NCBI GenBank assembly: GCA_963828495.1
Contig: CAWHFJ010000017.1
Location: 84,342-148,341, forward strand
Reading direction: 5' to 3'
DNA: 64,000 nucleotides
From: Candidatus Omnitrophota bacterium
Lineage (GTDB): Bacteria; Omnitrophota; Gorgyraeia; Zapsychrales; Fredricksoniimonadaceae
Notes under the pieces: model-generated
The model's database searches: none
What the model was told of the DNA's origin: nothing
What the model saw: only the letters and a program-made list of their open reading frames with translations
Shown here: one piece after another, positions 51,336 to 59,655 of the stretch
Numbering within the stretch: the stretch's first letter is position 1
How the letters are laid out: each line of letters opens with the position of its first letter
Program-made: the position numbers and the translations under genes

Positions 51336-52625
51336 CAAATGAACGAATACGATTCCGAACTCGTGCGTTCAATTCTTGAAAAAGAGAACTTTGAATTTGT
51401 GGCTGACGAGCTAGAGGCGGACATTATTTTACTCAACACCTGTGCGGTACGCGAGCATGCCCAGCGCAAGGTCTTTGGCCGGGTGCATAACATTCGTCAT
51501 ACACGCGGTACAGATAAGCCCGTCATAATCGGCATTTTAGGCTGTATGGCCACCAATTTGCGCCAGAATTTACTGGAAGACCGCAGTTTGAAAATTGATT
51601 TTATTGCAGGACCTGACAGCTACAAGCGCCTGGCGCAATTGATCCATGAAGCCTCCGACAAGGGACAAAAGCCGTATGACGTCACCTTGTCCGAATTTGA
51701 AACTTATGCCGACATACAACCCCGCCGCAGCCAGGGCGTCAATGCCTGGATTGCGGTGATGAGGGGGTGTAATAATTTTTGCACCTTTTGTGTGGTGCCT
51801 TATACACGCGGCCGCGAACGCAGCCGCAGCCCGCAAAATGTCATAGATGAAGCACGACGTCTGGTGGCCGAAGGCTTTAAGCAAGTCACTCTTCTTGGCC
51901 AAAACGTGAATTCTTACCATTATGACAATCATGATTTTGCCTATCTGATGGATGAAGTAAGCCGCATCAAAGCCATTGAGCGCATCCGTTTTACCTCACC
52001 GCATCCTAAAGATTTCCCCGAACGTTTACTGGATTTAATGACGGTTAATCCCAAAATTTGCAAACATATTCATCTGCCTTTGCAGGCGGGCAATAACCGC
52101 GTGCTGGATATGATGAATAGGACTTACACCCAAGAAGAATTCCTGGCATTAGTGGACAAAATACGTTCCAAAATACCCGACATAGCGCTAACAACAGATA
52201 TTATTGTCGGTTTTCCGACTGAAACAGACGCGGAATTTGAAGACACTCTTAAAGTTATCACTCAAGTCCAGTTTGATTCAGCCTTTAGCTTCAAATACTC
52301 CGAGCGTCAGGGGACCATCGCTGCCAAAAAATACCCGGATGATGTGCCCGAGGCTGTTAAAACCCAACGCATCATGCGCTTAAATAAAATTCAAAATGAC
52401 ATCACCCTGAAGAAAAACCAGGCCCATATCGGCCAGACGTATGAAATTTTGATTGAACCGGCAGCCAAAAAGAAATCTTCCCAAAATGCTGTAGGCCGTG
52501 CGGACAACAACAAATTAGTCATCCTGCAAGGCGCTCCTGGCTTGCCGCAAATAGGAGATATCGTCAAGGTCAAGATCACCCAGGCAACGCCTCATGCCCT
52601 CAAAGGCGAAGTTTTGGTAAAATAG
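51306..52625 (+). CDS. miaB: tRNA-2-methylthio-N6-dimethylallyladenosine synthase
   Basis: FLETYGCQMNEYDS, the radical-SAM motif CNNFCTFCVVP, and a TRAM C-terminus. TTG start preceded by GGAGG. Confidence 0.9.
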   Translation: MKIFLETYGCQMNEYDSELVRSILEKENFEFVADELEADIILLNTCAVREHAQRKVFGRVHNIRHTRGTDKPVIIGILGCMATNLRQNLLEDRSLKIDFIAGPDSYKRLAQLIHEASDKGQKPYDVTLSEFETYADIQPRRSQGVNAWIAVMRGCNNFCTFCVVPYTRGRERSRSPQNVIDEARRLVAEGFKQVTLLGQNVNSYHYDNHDFAYLMDEVSRIKAIERIRFTSPHPKDFPERLLDLMTVNPKICKHIHLPLQAGNNRVLDMMNRTYTQEEFLALVDKIRSKIPDIALTTDIIVGFPTETDAEFEDTLKVITQVQFDSAFSFKYSERQGTIAAKKYPDDVPEAVKTQRIMRLNKIQNDITLKKNQAHIGQTYEILIEPAAKKKSSQNAVGRADNNKLVILQGAPGLPQIGDIVKVKITQATPHALKGEVLVK

Positions 52626-52627
52626 GT

Positions 52628-52655
52628 GTAACTTTTGGGGTTTTTCCGCGTTTAA
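52628..52655 (+). promoter_or_regulatory. ECF-type promoter candidate (GTAACTT-N14-CGTTTAA)
   Basis: AAC and CGT are separated by 16 nt, 28 nt upstream of the ECF sigma gene. This matches the general AAC-N16-CGT pattern of autoregulated ECF promoters. Confidence 0.45.
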
Positions 52656-52682
52656 AGGTTAGAGAGAGACGAGAGAAGACGA

Positions 52683-53276
52683 ATGGCCATAGAAGACAGC
52701 AATGATGAAGAGTTGATCCGCCGGTTCTATGAAGCGGATGAGGAGGCGCTCAAAGTGATTTTCAAGCGTCATAAAGAAGGCCTATTTAATTTTGCCCTGC
52801 GGTTTGCTGGTAATCGAGCCGATGCCGAAGATGCGGTCAGTCACACGTTTATGATGGTTTGTGAAAAACGTTATACCATCAAACCGGGGGCAAGCTTTAA
52901 AACTTGGGCTTATACAGTAGCCCGCAATGTCTGCCTTTCTAAATTACGCAGCCAGAATAGGTTCTTTCCTTTATGGTCGCCCAAAAAGGATTCAGAGCAA
53001 GAAGAGTCCATTGATGTGATTGACCCAAAAGAAATAGCTAGGGATCAGCTGAATCAAAAAGAGATCATGGCCATCGTTCAAAAAGCGATCCATCAACTCC
53101 CTGAAGAACAAAAAGAAGCCCTGATCCTACGGGAATATCAAGGTTTTAATTACGAAGAAATTGCCCAGGTTTTAAATTGCTCATTGGATAAGGTGAAGGT
53201 GCTGATTTTCCGGGCCCGCAATCACCTCAAAGATGTGCTTCCGCCTGTTTTATTAGAGGGGGAGGGAATAAAATGA
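52683..53276 (+). CDS. ECF (sigma-70 family) RNA polymerase sigma factor
   Basis: Region 2 (FKTWAYTVARN) and region 4 (LILREYQGFNYEEIAQVLNCSLDKVK). Confidence 0.85.
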   Translation: MAIEDSNDEELIRRFYEADEEALKVIFKRHKEGLFNFALRFAGNRADAEDAVSHTFMMVCEKRYTIKPGASFKTWAYTVARNVCLSKLRSQNRFFPLWSPKKDSEQEESIDVIDPKEIARDQLNQKEIMAIVQKAIHQLPEEQKEALILREYQGFNYEEIAQVLNCSLDKVKVLIFRARNHLKDVLPPVLLEGEGIK

Positions 53277-54623
53277 CACACGAAGAAATCAAAATCCTCA
53301 TATCAGCGTACATAGATGGTGAAGTGAATCCATCGGAAAAGAATATTGTTGAAGAACATTTAAGCACATGTCCTGCATGTCAAAAGGACTATCAACATGT
53401 ATAGGGCCATATCGTCTTCTCTCTCGAAGTGGTCAGATGAAACTCTCTCTCCGGATGAAGCAATTAAACTTGAAAAACGTTTTGAACAAAGGAGAGAACC
53501 TATGTTTACCAAACGCACATTAATGACTTTAGGCACAACTTTAGCCTTAACCATCATTATTGGTTCTGTAGTCCAATTACAGGTCAAAAAAGGGGTCCAA
53601 GGGATATTAAAATCGTCAACCGATGATATGGGAGATCAGTATTCGAATGCTAATACCTCACAATTTCAGGCCCGAGCAAGCGGCACAGCGGGTTATATGG
53701 CACAGCCAACAAGTATGAGGATGGCCAAAAGTAGTTATGCTATGGCCCATGGGCCTATGTATAACAGAACCCTTGGCACCGGATTAGTGGCTAATCAATT
53801 TATGGCTGGGGCTCCTCTCCCGGTCAGGGCCAATTTTCAAAACTCCTCTTATTCGGTTAATGCAGCCAGACTTAAGGCGCCGGCCTTTGGGGGGCTTGCG
53901 GCTTCTTATGAGACTGTCCCTTCCGTTAACTATGACCGTAAGATTATCAGAAATGCGCAAATAACGCTTAAAGTCAAAAATGCCCAGAAGACCCAAAGTG
54001 CCCTGGAAGATCTTGTAGGCAGGTACAATGGCACGGTCAATAGCTTAAATATGGATAAATTAGATGATACTTCAAGAAGGGGAGTGATGGTTTTTAGTGT
54101 TCCCCCTCAATCATTAGATAAGGTTTTAGCGGAAATCAGAACATTGGGCGAAGTGGATTCTGAAAACCAGGCCGGATCAGATGTGACCAATCAGTACGCT
54201 TACGTGCAGGCCCGGTTGGCTAATTATGAGACGCAAAGAGGACGTTTACAAAAAATTCTTAAGAAAAATGCTAATGATGTTGACAATAATGTGTATATTG
54301 AAGGACAAATTGCGAATATCGAAGACAATATGAATAGTTTACAAAATACCCTTAAAGAGCTTGATAAGCAGTCCTTTATGGCGACGGTGATAGTTAATTT
54401 TTACGATACGGCTCCCGTTGTCGCTCCCAAAGAAGAAAGCCTGAAGGATAAGACACTCGCGACTTTGAAGAATAATTTAAAATCCACCTTGGTGACTTGT
54501 TACTATATAGGTGTTAATTCTTTTAGCGGGATTATCATCGTCTTATCATTTCTCCTCCAAATTGGATTATGGGCTCTTTTGTTCTGGGGGATATATCTTA
54601 TAGTCAGAAAGTTTATAAAATAA
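53273..54623 (+). CDS. anti-sigma factor (zf-HC2) with a DUF4349-like C-terminal domain; one frame break near 53396
   Basis: MTHEEIKILISAYIDGEV...HLSTCPACQKDYQ (frame 2; its ATG overlaps the sigma stop) continues as MYRAISSSL..., one TM, a coiled-coil domain and a C-terminal TM (frame 3). Confidence 0.65.
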
Positions 54624-54640
54624 TTGAAATAAGTTGCTTG

Positions 54641-54680
54641 ATACGGCTCCGTTTAAAAAAACGGAGCCGTATTATTTTGA
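54641..54680 (+). terminator. rho-independent terminator
   Basis: A perfect 14-bp stem (ATACGGCTCCGTTT / AAACGGAGCCGTAT) with an A4 loop, then TATTTTG. Confidence 0.85.
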
Positions 54681-54695
54681 CCGTTGAACCTTTTC

Positions 54696-54724
54696 TTGAT
54701 AAATTCGGCGATTAGGTATATATT
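54696..54724 (+). promoter_or_regulatory. sigma70-like promoter (TTGATA-17-TATATT) directly upstream of nadA
   Basis: Hexamers at 54696-54701 and 54719-54724. The -10 ends 9 nt before the ATG at 54734. Confidence 0.5.
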
Positions 54725-54733
54725 TATTAACCT

Positions 54734-55756
54734 ATGTTAAAGACACAGATGACAGCCGCGCAACTGTACGAAAAGCTTAAAAATATCAAGCTGGGGGCGT
54801 CTGTGTGCCAATATTCCCTGCGCAAATGTGAAGAATTAATCCCTATCATCAATGAAATCAACGAACTTAAGGAAGAGAAAAACGCCGTTATCCTGGCGCA
54901 TTCTTATATCAGCCCGGAAATCATCTATGGCGTGTCGGACTTTGTAGGGGATTCTTATAAATTAAGCCGTGATGCTTTAGCTACGAGTGCCTCAACCATT
55001 GTCTTTGTGGCGGTGCGTTTCATGGGGGAGACAGCTAAAATTCTCAATCCTGAAAAAGAAGTATTGATCCCGGCCGTTTTAGACGGCTGCACACTGGCAG
55101 ATTCTATTAAGCCTCAGGATGTACGCAAGCTGCGTCGCCAATACCCGGACCATACGTTTATTTGCTACATCAATACCAGCGCCCAAGTCAAGGCTGAATG
55201 CGACATAACGGTCACATCCGGCAATGTGTACAAAGTCGCCAGCAATATCCCTAATGACAAAATTTATTTTCTGCCGGACAAATTCATGGGGCAAAATCTT
55301 AAAAATTATATGCAGCACCAGGGGATCAAAAAGGACATTCAATTTTATTCCGGCACCTGCTATGTTCATGAAGAGTATGGCATGGATGATATTCTTAAAG
55401 TCAGGCTTGAGTATCCCGATGCCAAAATTGTCAGCCATCCGGAATGTAATGCGGCCATCATAGATAATTCGGACTTCGTGGGTAGTACCGAACAAATGTT
55501 AAGCTATATGCGTAAGACCACCTCCAAGCAATTTTTGATGCTGACCGAATGCGGGCTTTCGGCGCGCCTGCAATCGGAGTTTCCCGACAAGCAATTAGTC
55601 GGCAGTTGTACCATGTGCAAATACATGAAATCCAATACCCTGCAAGACATCTTACGTGCCCTCAAAAACCCCTTGTCCCGTGACCGGGTGACTTTAGACG
55701 AGCCCACACGCCTGCAAGCACTCAAAACCATTGAAGCCATGTTCCGCTGGGCGTAA
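54734..55756 (+). CDS. nadA: quinolinate synthase
   Basis: ILAHSYISPEI...FVGDS...VRFMGETAKIL...TECG. Confidence 0.9.
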   Translation: MLKTQMTAAQLYEKLKNIKLGASVCQYSLRKCEELIPIINEINELKEEKNAVILAHSYISPEIIYGVSDFVGDSYKLSRDALATSASTIVFVAVRFMGETAKILNPEKEVLIPAVLDGCTLADSIKPQDVRKLRRQYPDHTFICYINTSAQVKAECDITVTSGNVYKVASNIPNDKIYFLPDKFMGQNLKNYMQHQGIKKDIQFYSGTCYVHEEYGMDDILKVRLEYPDAKIVSHPECNAAIIDNSDFVGSTEQMLSYMRKTTSKQFLMLTECGLSARLQSEFPDKQLVGSCTMCKYMKSNTLQDILRALKNPLSRDRVTLDEPTRLQALKTIEAMFRWA

Positions 55757-55783
55757 TAGCGGGGTTAGATGCCTTTTGGTGAC

Positions 55784-56041
55784 TTATTTATTAATATCAA
55801 GAGATTGAATAGACTTGCCCAAATCCTCCAGCTGGCCTATAAACACGCATTGACTGATATTAGAATCATACAAATAAATTTTGCCGTTGCTCTGATCAAA
55901 AAAACCAAAACGGTCGCCCGATGTGGCAAAAGGAACGACCCCCGAAAAACTTTTACCGCTGGCTTTGCTTTGTGTCGCCATCAAAAGTCCGCAACTTAAA
56001 ACAGCAATAACAATTAACAGTAAAGAAGCTTTTTTATTCAT
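55784..56041 (-). CDS. small secreted hypothetical protein (the only minus-strand gene called)
   Basis: Signal peptide MNKKASLLLIVIAVLSCGLLMATQSKA, a GGGGG Shine-Dalgarno-like run, and a strong minus-strand promoter upstream. Confidence 0.5.
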   Translation of the reverse strand: MNKKASLLLIVIAVLSCGLLMATQSKASGKSFSGVVPFATSGDRFGFFDQSNGKIYLYDSNISQCVFIGQLEDLGKSIQSLDINK

Positions 56042-56059
56042 AGATTTCCCCCTCGTTGA

Positions 56060-56068
56060 TGGTATAAT
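56060..56068 (+). promoter_or_regulatory. possible extended -10 element (TGgTATAAT) for the oxidoreductase gene
   Basis: TGGTATAAT at 56060-56068. The -35 is weak. Confidence 0.35.
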
Positions 56069-56076
56069 TTTCCCTA

Positions 56077-56106
56077 ATTATACATGAAGGCAACGCTCAA
56101 TTTCAA
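56077..56106 (-). promoter_or_regulatory. sigma70-like promoter on the minus strand (TTGAAA-18-TATAAT)
   Basis: The reverse complement reads TTGAAA (56106-56101), 18 nt, TATAAT (56082-56077), upstream of the ATG at 56041. Confidence 0.5.
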
Positions 56107-56131
56107 AAAATAATGGCGAAGGGACTATTGA

Positions 56132-57325
56132 ATGAAAAAGTATGACTTTTTAATTATCGGTTCAGGCATCATCGGCTTGACACTCGCGCACGCCATCCAA
56201 AAACGTAAGCCCCAGGCCCGTATTTTAGTTTTAGATAAAGAAGCTGGGGAGGCTCAGCATGCTTCCGGCCGCAACAGCGGTGTTTTACACGCGGGTTTTT
56301 ATTATACGGCAGATAGTCTCAAAGCCAAGTTTACCGTTGACGGCAGCCGTGCCATGAAGGCCTATGTGAGATCCAAAAACCTGGCCATTAATGAATGCGG
56401 CAAATTAGTCGTGGCCCAAAATGAACATGAGTTAAAACAGTTAGACGAGCTTTTGGCCCGCGGCCAACACAATGGTTCCAATGTCCGTCTCATTAATGAA
56501 GCAGAAGTCCTGGAAATAGCCCCCAATGTCAAAACTTTCAAACGGGCCCTGTATTCTCCCAACACCGCCAGTGTAGACCCCCAAGAGGTCTGTCGTGTTC
56601 TTAAAGAAGATTTACTTCAAGCGGGTGTGACATTTTCTTTTAATACAAAATATTTAGGCCGCAGGGGGGATATTGTCAAAACCAATCAAGGCGATTTCCA
56701 GGCCGACAAAATCATTAATTGTGCCGGGCTTTATGCGGACCGTGTCGCTGCAGATTTTGGTTTCGGCTTAAAATACACCATGATCCCTTTCAAAGGTCTG
56801 TATTTAAAATATACCAAGAACACAACCGACATCAATATCAACGTTTATCCGGTGCCTAATTTAAATAATCCCTTTCTAGGCGTTCACTTCACGAAAACCG
56901 TGACAGGGGCAATTAAAATCGGTCCCACGGCCATTCCGGCATTCTGGCGGGAAAATTATAATTTACATCATGGATTTTCTGTTAATGAACTTGCGGAAAT
57001 CCTTTTTTTCGAATCCCAATTATATTGGAGTAATGCGTTTAATTTCCGTTTGCTGGCCCATGAAGAAATACATAAATACCACAGGCCCTATTTTGTTTCC
57101 CTGGCCGCAGCCATGGTCAAATCCATTGACCCCAAAGGTTTTACCGAATGGACCAAGCCCGGGATCAGGGCTCAGTTACTGGACAAAAAAACGCTGAGTC
57201 TTGTCCAGGATTTTGTGATAGAGGCAGATCGCAAAAGCGTCCATGTCCTTAATGCCGTATCTCCGGCGTTTACCTGTGCGTTCCCGTTTTCCCAATACGT
57301 GGTTGACCAGTATGTACTCATTTAA
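56132..57325 (+). CDS. FAD-dependent oxidoreductase, L-2-hydroxyglutarate oxidase (LhgO)-like
   Basis: YDFLIIGSGIIGLTLA (GxGxxG) and GRNSGVLHAGFYY. Confidence 0.7.
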   Translation: MKKYDFLIIGSGIIGLTLAHAIQKRKPQARILVLDKEAGEAQHASGRNSGVLHAGFYYTADSLKAKFTVDGSRAMKAYVRSKNLAINECGKLVVAQNEHELKQLDELLARGQHNGSNVRLINEAEVLEIAPNVKTFKRALYSPNTASVDPQEVCRVLKEDLLQAGVTFSFNTKYLGRRGDIVKTNQGDFQADKIINCAGLYADRVAADFGFGLKYTMIPFKGLYLKYTKNTTDININVYPVPNLNNPFLGVHFTKTVTGAIKIGPTAIPAFWRENYNLHHGFSVNELAEILFFESQLYWSNAFNFRLLAHEEIHKYHRPYFVSLAAAMVKSIDPKGFTEWTKPGIRAQLLDKKTLSLVQDFVIEADRKSVHVLNAVSPAFTCAFPFSQYVVDQYVLI

Positions 57326-58703
57326 AATTGCTTGCCGTTCGAGCCCCCTGGCTTGTTGCCAAGTCGATGAAGTCATTCAAAGCCTAAAAACTAAAGGCAT
57401 TGCGGTCAATTATGAAATCCTTAAATACGCAACTGCGGGTGACAAGGATAAGACCACACCATTAACGGCAAGCCCTGATAATTTTTTTACCGATGCCATT
57501 GATCAAGCCTTGCTGAATGGCAAGGCTGACATAGCCGTACACAGCGCCAAAGACCTGCCGCAAAATTGCCCCGAGGGTTTAGAAATCTTTGCCTTAACTC
57601 AATGCCTTGATAATAAAGACGCCTGGGTGGGACGCAAGTCCTGGAGCCAATTAGGACCCCAGCCCCAAGTCGGCACCAGCAGCCTTTTGCGTCAACAACA
57701 AATTCTGCAATTACGTCCGGATGTCCGTATCGTGCCTATACGCGGCAGCATCGCTGAGCGTCTAGCGTTGGTTAAGACAGGCCAAGTTGACGGTATTGTA
57801 GTGGCTGTCTGCGCGCTGAAACGCCTCAAACTTGGAAGGCAGATCAAAGATATTTTTCCCTGGGAAGGGCAGCCTCTGCAAGGGCAATTGGCTGTGGTAG
57901 GCCGCAAAAATGATCAGGAATTAAGAAATTTATTTAGTATTATTGATGTGCGCCGCGCCAAAATACTTTTGCATTGCGGTACGCACCCGGAAATGTATAA
58001 CCATTTGGGTCAAATTATCCATTGGCCTATGATTGACATCAAGCCCGTAGCCTTCAATGGGCCTTGCCAAAAACAACTCCTGCAAGCCTTGGAAATGGCA
58101 GACATCATTATATTCACCAGCGGGTTTGCCGTTGAACATTTTTTCCATGTTATTGCGAAGCCTACTTCCAGTGTCATTGCGAGCGACGGTTCTTCCAGTG
58201 TCATTGCGAGCGACGGTTCTTCCAGTGTCATTGCGAGCGAAGCGAAGCAATCTCTTAAAGAACGATTTAAAGACAAAATCTTTGCCGTCATAGGCCAACA
58301 AACTAAGAGAGCATTACAAAAATTCAATATTGAAGCCCTCATTGTTCCCCAGGAAGAAACAGCCCAAGGACTTTGTCAAGCTATAACCAAGCATATGAAC
58401 GTAGAGGGTCGACATATTTTGTTGCCACGCTCATCAGTGCCTAATCCGTTTTTAAAAGAGGCTTTATCTACTCTCGGCGCCATCGTCACAGAAATCACTG
58501 TGTACGCAAATACCAAGCCTGCCCAACGTCCTTTACCGGACTTGAATATTACGGGAGTCATTTTTACAAGCCCCTCAACAGTGCGGAATTTTTTAATAGA
58601 TTATGCTACAATACCCGAACATTGGCACATCCTGGCCCGTGGTCCGGTGACTTTAAAAGTTTTACAAGACAAAGGGTATCCTCATGCCACATCGTTATCG
58701 TAG
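57312..58703 (+). CDS. fusion of porphobilinogen deaminase (HemC domains 1-2 only) with uroporphyrinogen-III synthase (HemD)
   Basis: HemC-like: FKIACRSSPLA...ADIAVHSAKDLP...GTSSLLRQ...RGSIAERL...PLQGQLAV. This runs straight into HemD-like sequence (KILLHCGTHPEMY...IIIFTSGFAV...GVIFTSPSTV). Confidence 0.75.
   Translation: MYSFKIACRSSPLACCQVDEVIQSLKTKGIAVNYEILKYATAGDKDKTTPLTASPDNFFTDAIDQALLNGKADIAVHSAKDLPQNCPEGLEIFALTQCLDNKDAWVGRKSWSQLGPQPQVGTSSLLRQQQILQLRPDVRIVPIRGSIAERLALVKTGQVDGIVVAVCALKRLKLGRQIKDIFPWEGQPLQGQLAVVGRKNDQELRNLFSIIDVRRAKILLHCGTHPEMYNHLGQIIHWPMIDIKPVAFNGPCQKQLLQALEMADIIIFTSGFAVEHFFHVIAKPTSSVIASDGSSSVIASDGSSSVIASEAKQSLKERFKDKIFAVIGQQTKRALQKFNIEALIVPQEETAQGLCQAITKHMNVEGRHILLPRSSVPNPFLKEALSTLGAIVTEITVYANTKPAQRPLPDLNITGVIFTSPSTVRNFLIDYATIPEHWHILARGPVTLKVLQDKGYPHATSLS
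58166..58254 (+). repeat. in-frame 27-nt tandem repeat (2.8 units) ending in a GTCATTGCGAGCGAAGCGAAGCAATCTC element, inside the hemD-like half
   Basis: TTCCAGTGTCATTGCGAGCGACGGTTC occurs at 58166 and 58193. The third unit (58220) switches after ...GCGAGCGA to AGCGAAGCAATCTC. Translation: SSVIASDGS SSVIASDGS SSVIASEAKQSL. Confidence 0.9.
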
Positions 58704-59652
58704 GTTAAGAGCCACCTCAACAATCAGACATTTTGTACGCGAAACCCATGTAACCCCCTACGATTTGTTACAACCTTTTTTTATCATTGAGGGCAAAAAT
58801 AAAAAAGAAGCCATTGCCTCCATGCCCGGGATATACCGTTTGTCATCTGATCTGTTGCTCAAAAACATCGAAGCCTACGTACGTTGCGGCGGCAGGGGAG
58901 GCATATTTTTCGGGGTCTCCCGTCATAAAGATGCCAGCGGCCAATATGCCTATGCCTCTAATAATCCTGTGGTGAAAGCCATCAAAGCCGTCAAAAAATC
59001 CTTCCCGGATTTTTTGATCGTCACCGATGTCTGTTTATGCGCCTATATGAGCCACGGCCACTGCGGTGTCGTGGAAAACCAAAAAATCAATAATGATAAA
59101 ACCTTGGCCCTACTCGCCAGGATGGCCCTGGCGCATGCCGCCGCAGGAGCTGATATGGTGGCTCCGTCCGGCATGATGGACTTTCAAGTAATGGCCCTCC
59201 GCCAGGCCCTTAACAAAGAGCATTGGGAAGATGTAGGCATTTTATCTTATGCCGTTAAATACGCCTCGGATTTCTACGGTCCTTTTCGTGAGGCGGCACA
59301 TTCTGGCGCAAAATTCGGTGACCGCAAAACCTATCAAATGGACCCAGCCAACAGCCGTGAAGCTCTCAAAGAAGCCCGCCGGGATGTGAAAGAAGGGGCA
59401 GACATGATCATGGTCAAACCCGCACTCGCTTATTTGGACATCGTGGCCATGCTGCGCCGTGAACTGACCGTGCCCATCGTCGCTTACAATGTCAGCGGGG
59501 AGTACAGCATGGTCAAAGCCGCGGCCCAAAAAGGCTGGGTGGATGAAAAATCTATCGTCTTGGAAACGTTGACGGCTATCAAACGCGCCGGAGCGGATAT
59601 TATTATTTCTTATCACGCGCAGGATGCACTTAAATGGCTTCAACATGAATAA
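58684..59652 (+). CDS. hemB: porphobilinogen synthase (delta-aminolevulinate dehydratase)
   Basis: RRLRATSTIRHFVRET...SGMMD...VKPAL...YNVSGEY. Confidence 0.9.
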   Translation: MPHRYRRLRATSTIRHFVRETHVTPYDLLQPFFIIEGKNKKEAIASMPGIYRLSSDLLLKNIEAYVRCGGRGGIFFGVSRHKDASGQYAYASNNPVVKAIKAVKKSFPDFLIVTDVCLCAYMSHGHCGVVENQKINNDKTLALLARMALAHAAAGADMVAPSGMMDFQVMALRQALNKEHWEDVGILSYAVKYASDFYGPFREAAHSGAKFGDRKTYQMDPANSREALKEARRDVKEGADMIMVKPALAYLDIVAMLRRELTVPIVAYNVSGEYSMVKAAAQKGWVDEKSIVLETLTAIKRAGADIIISYHAQDALKWLQHE

Positions 59653-59655
59653 CTG

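Noticed and set aside
58166-58254. Possible CRISPR array (direct repeats)
   Set aside because: The 27-nt units are directly adjacent with no spacers, there are fewer than three full copies, they stay in-frame within a coding sequence, and no cas genes occur in the window.
57930-58342. Minus-strand ORFs containing LLRFARNDTGRTVARNDTG... (57930-58301 and 58010-58342)
   Set aside because: They are the reverse translation of the 27-nt tandem repeat inside hemD. The + strand frame is a continuous HemC/HemD protein, so these ORFs are by-products of the repeat.
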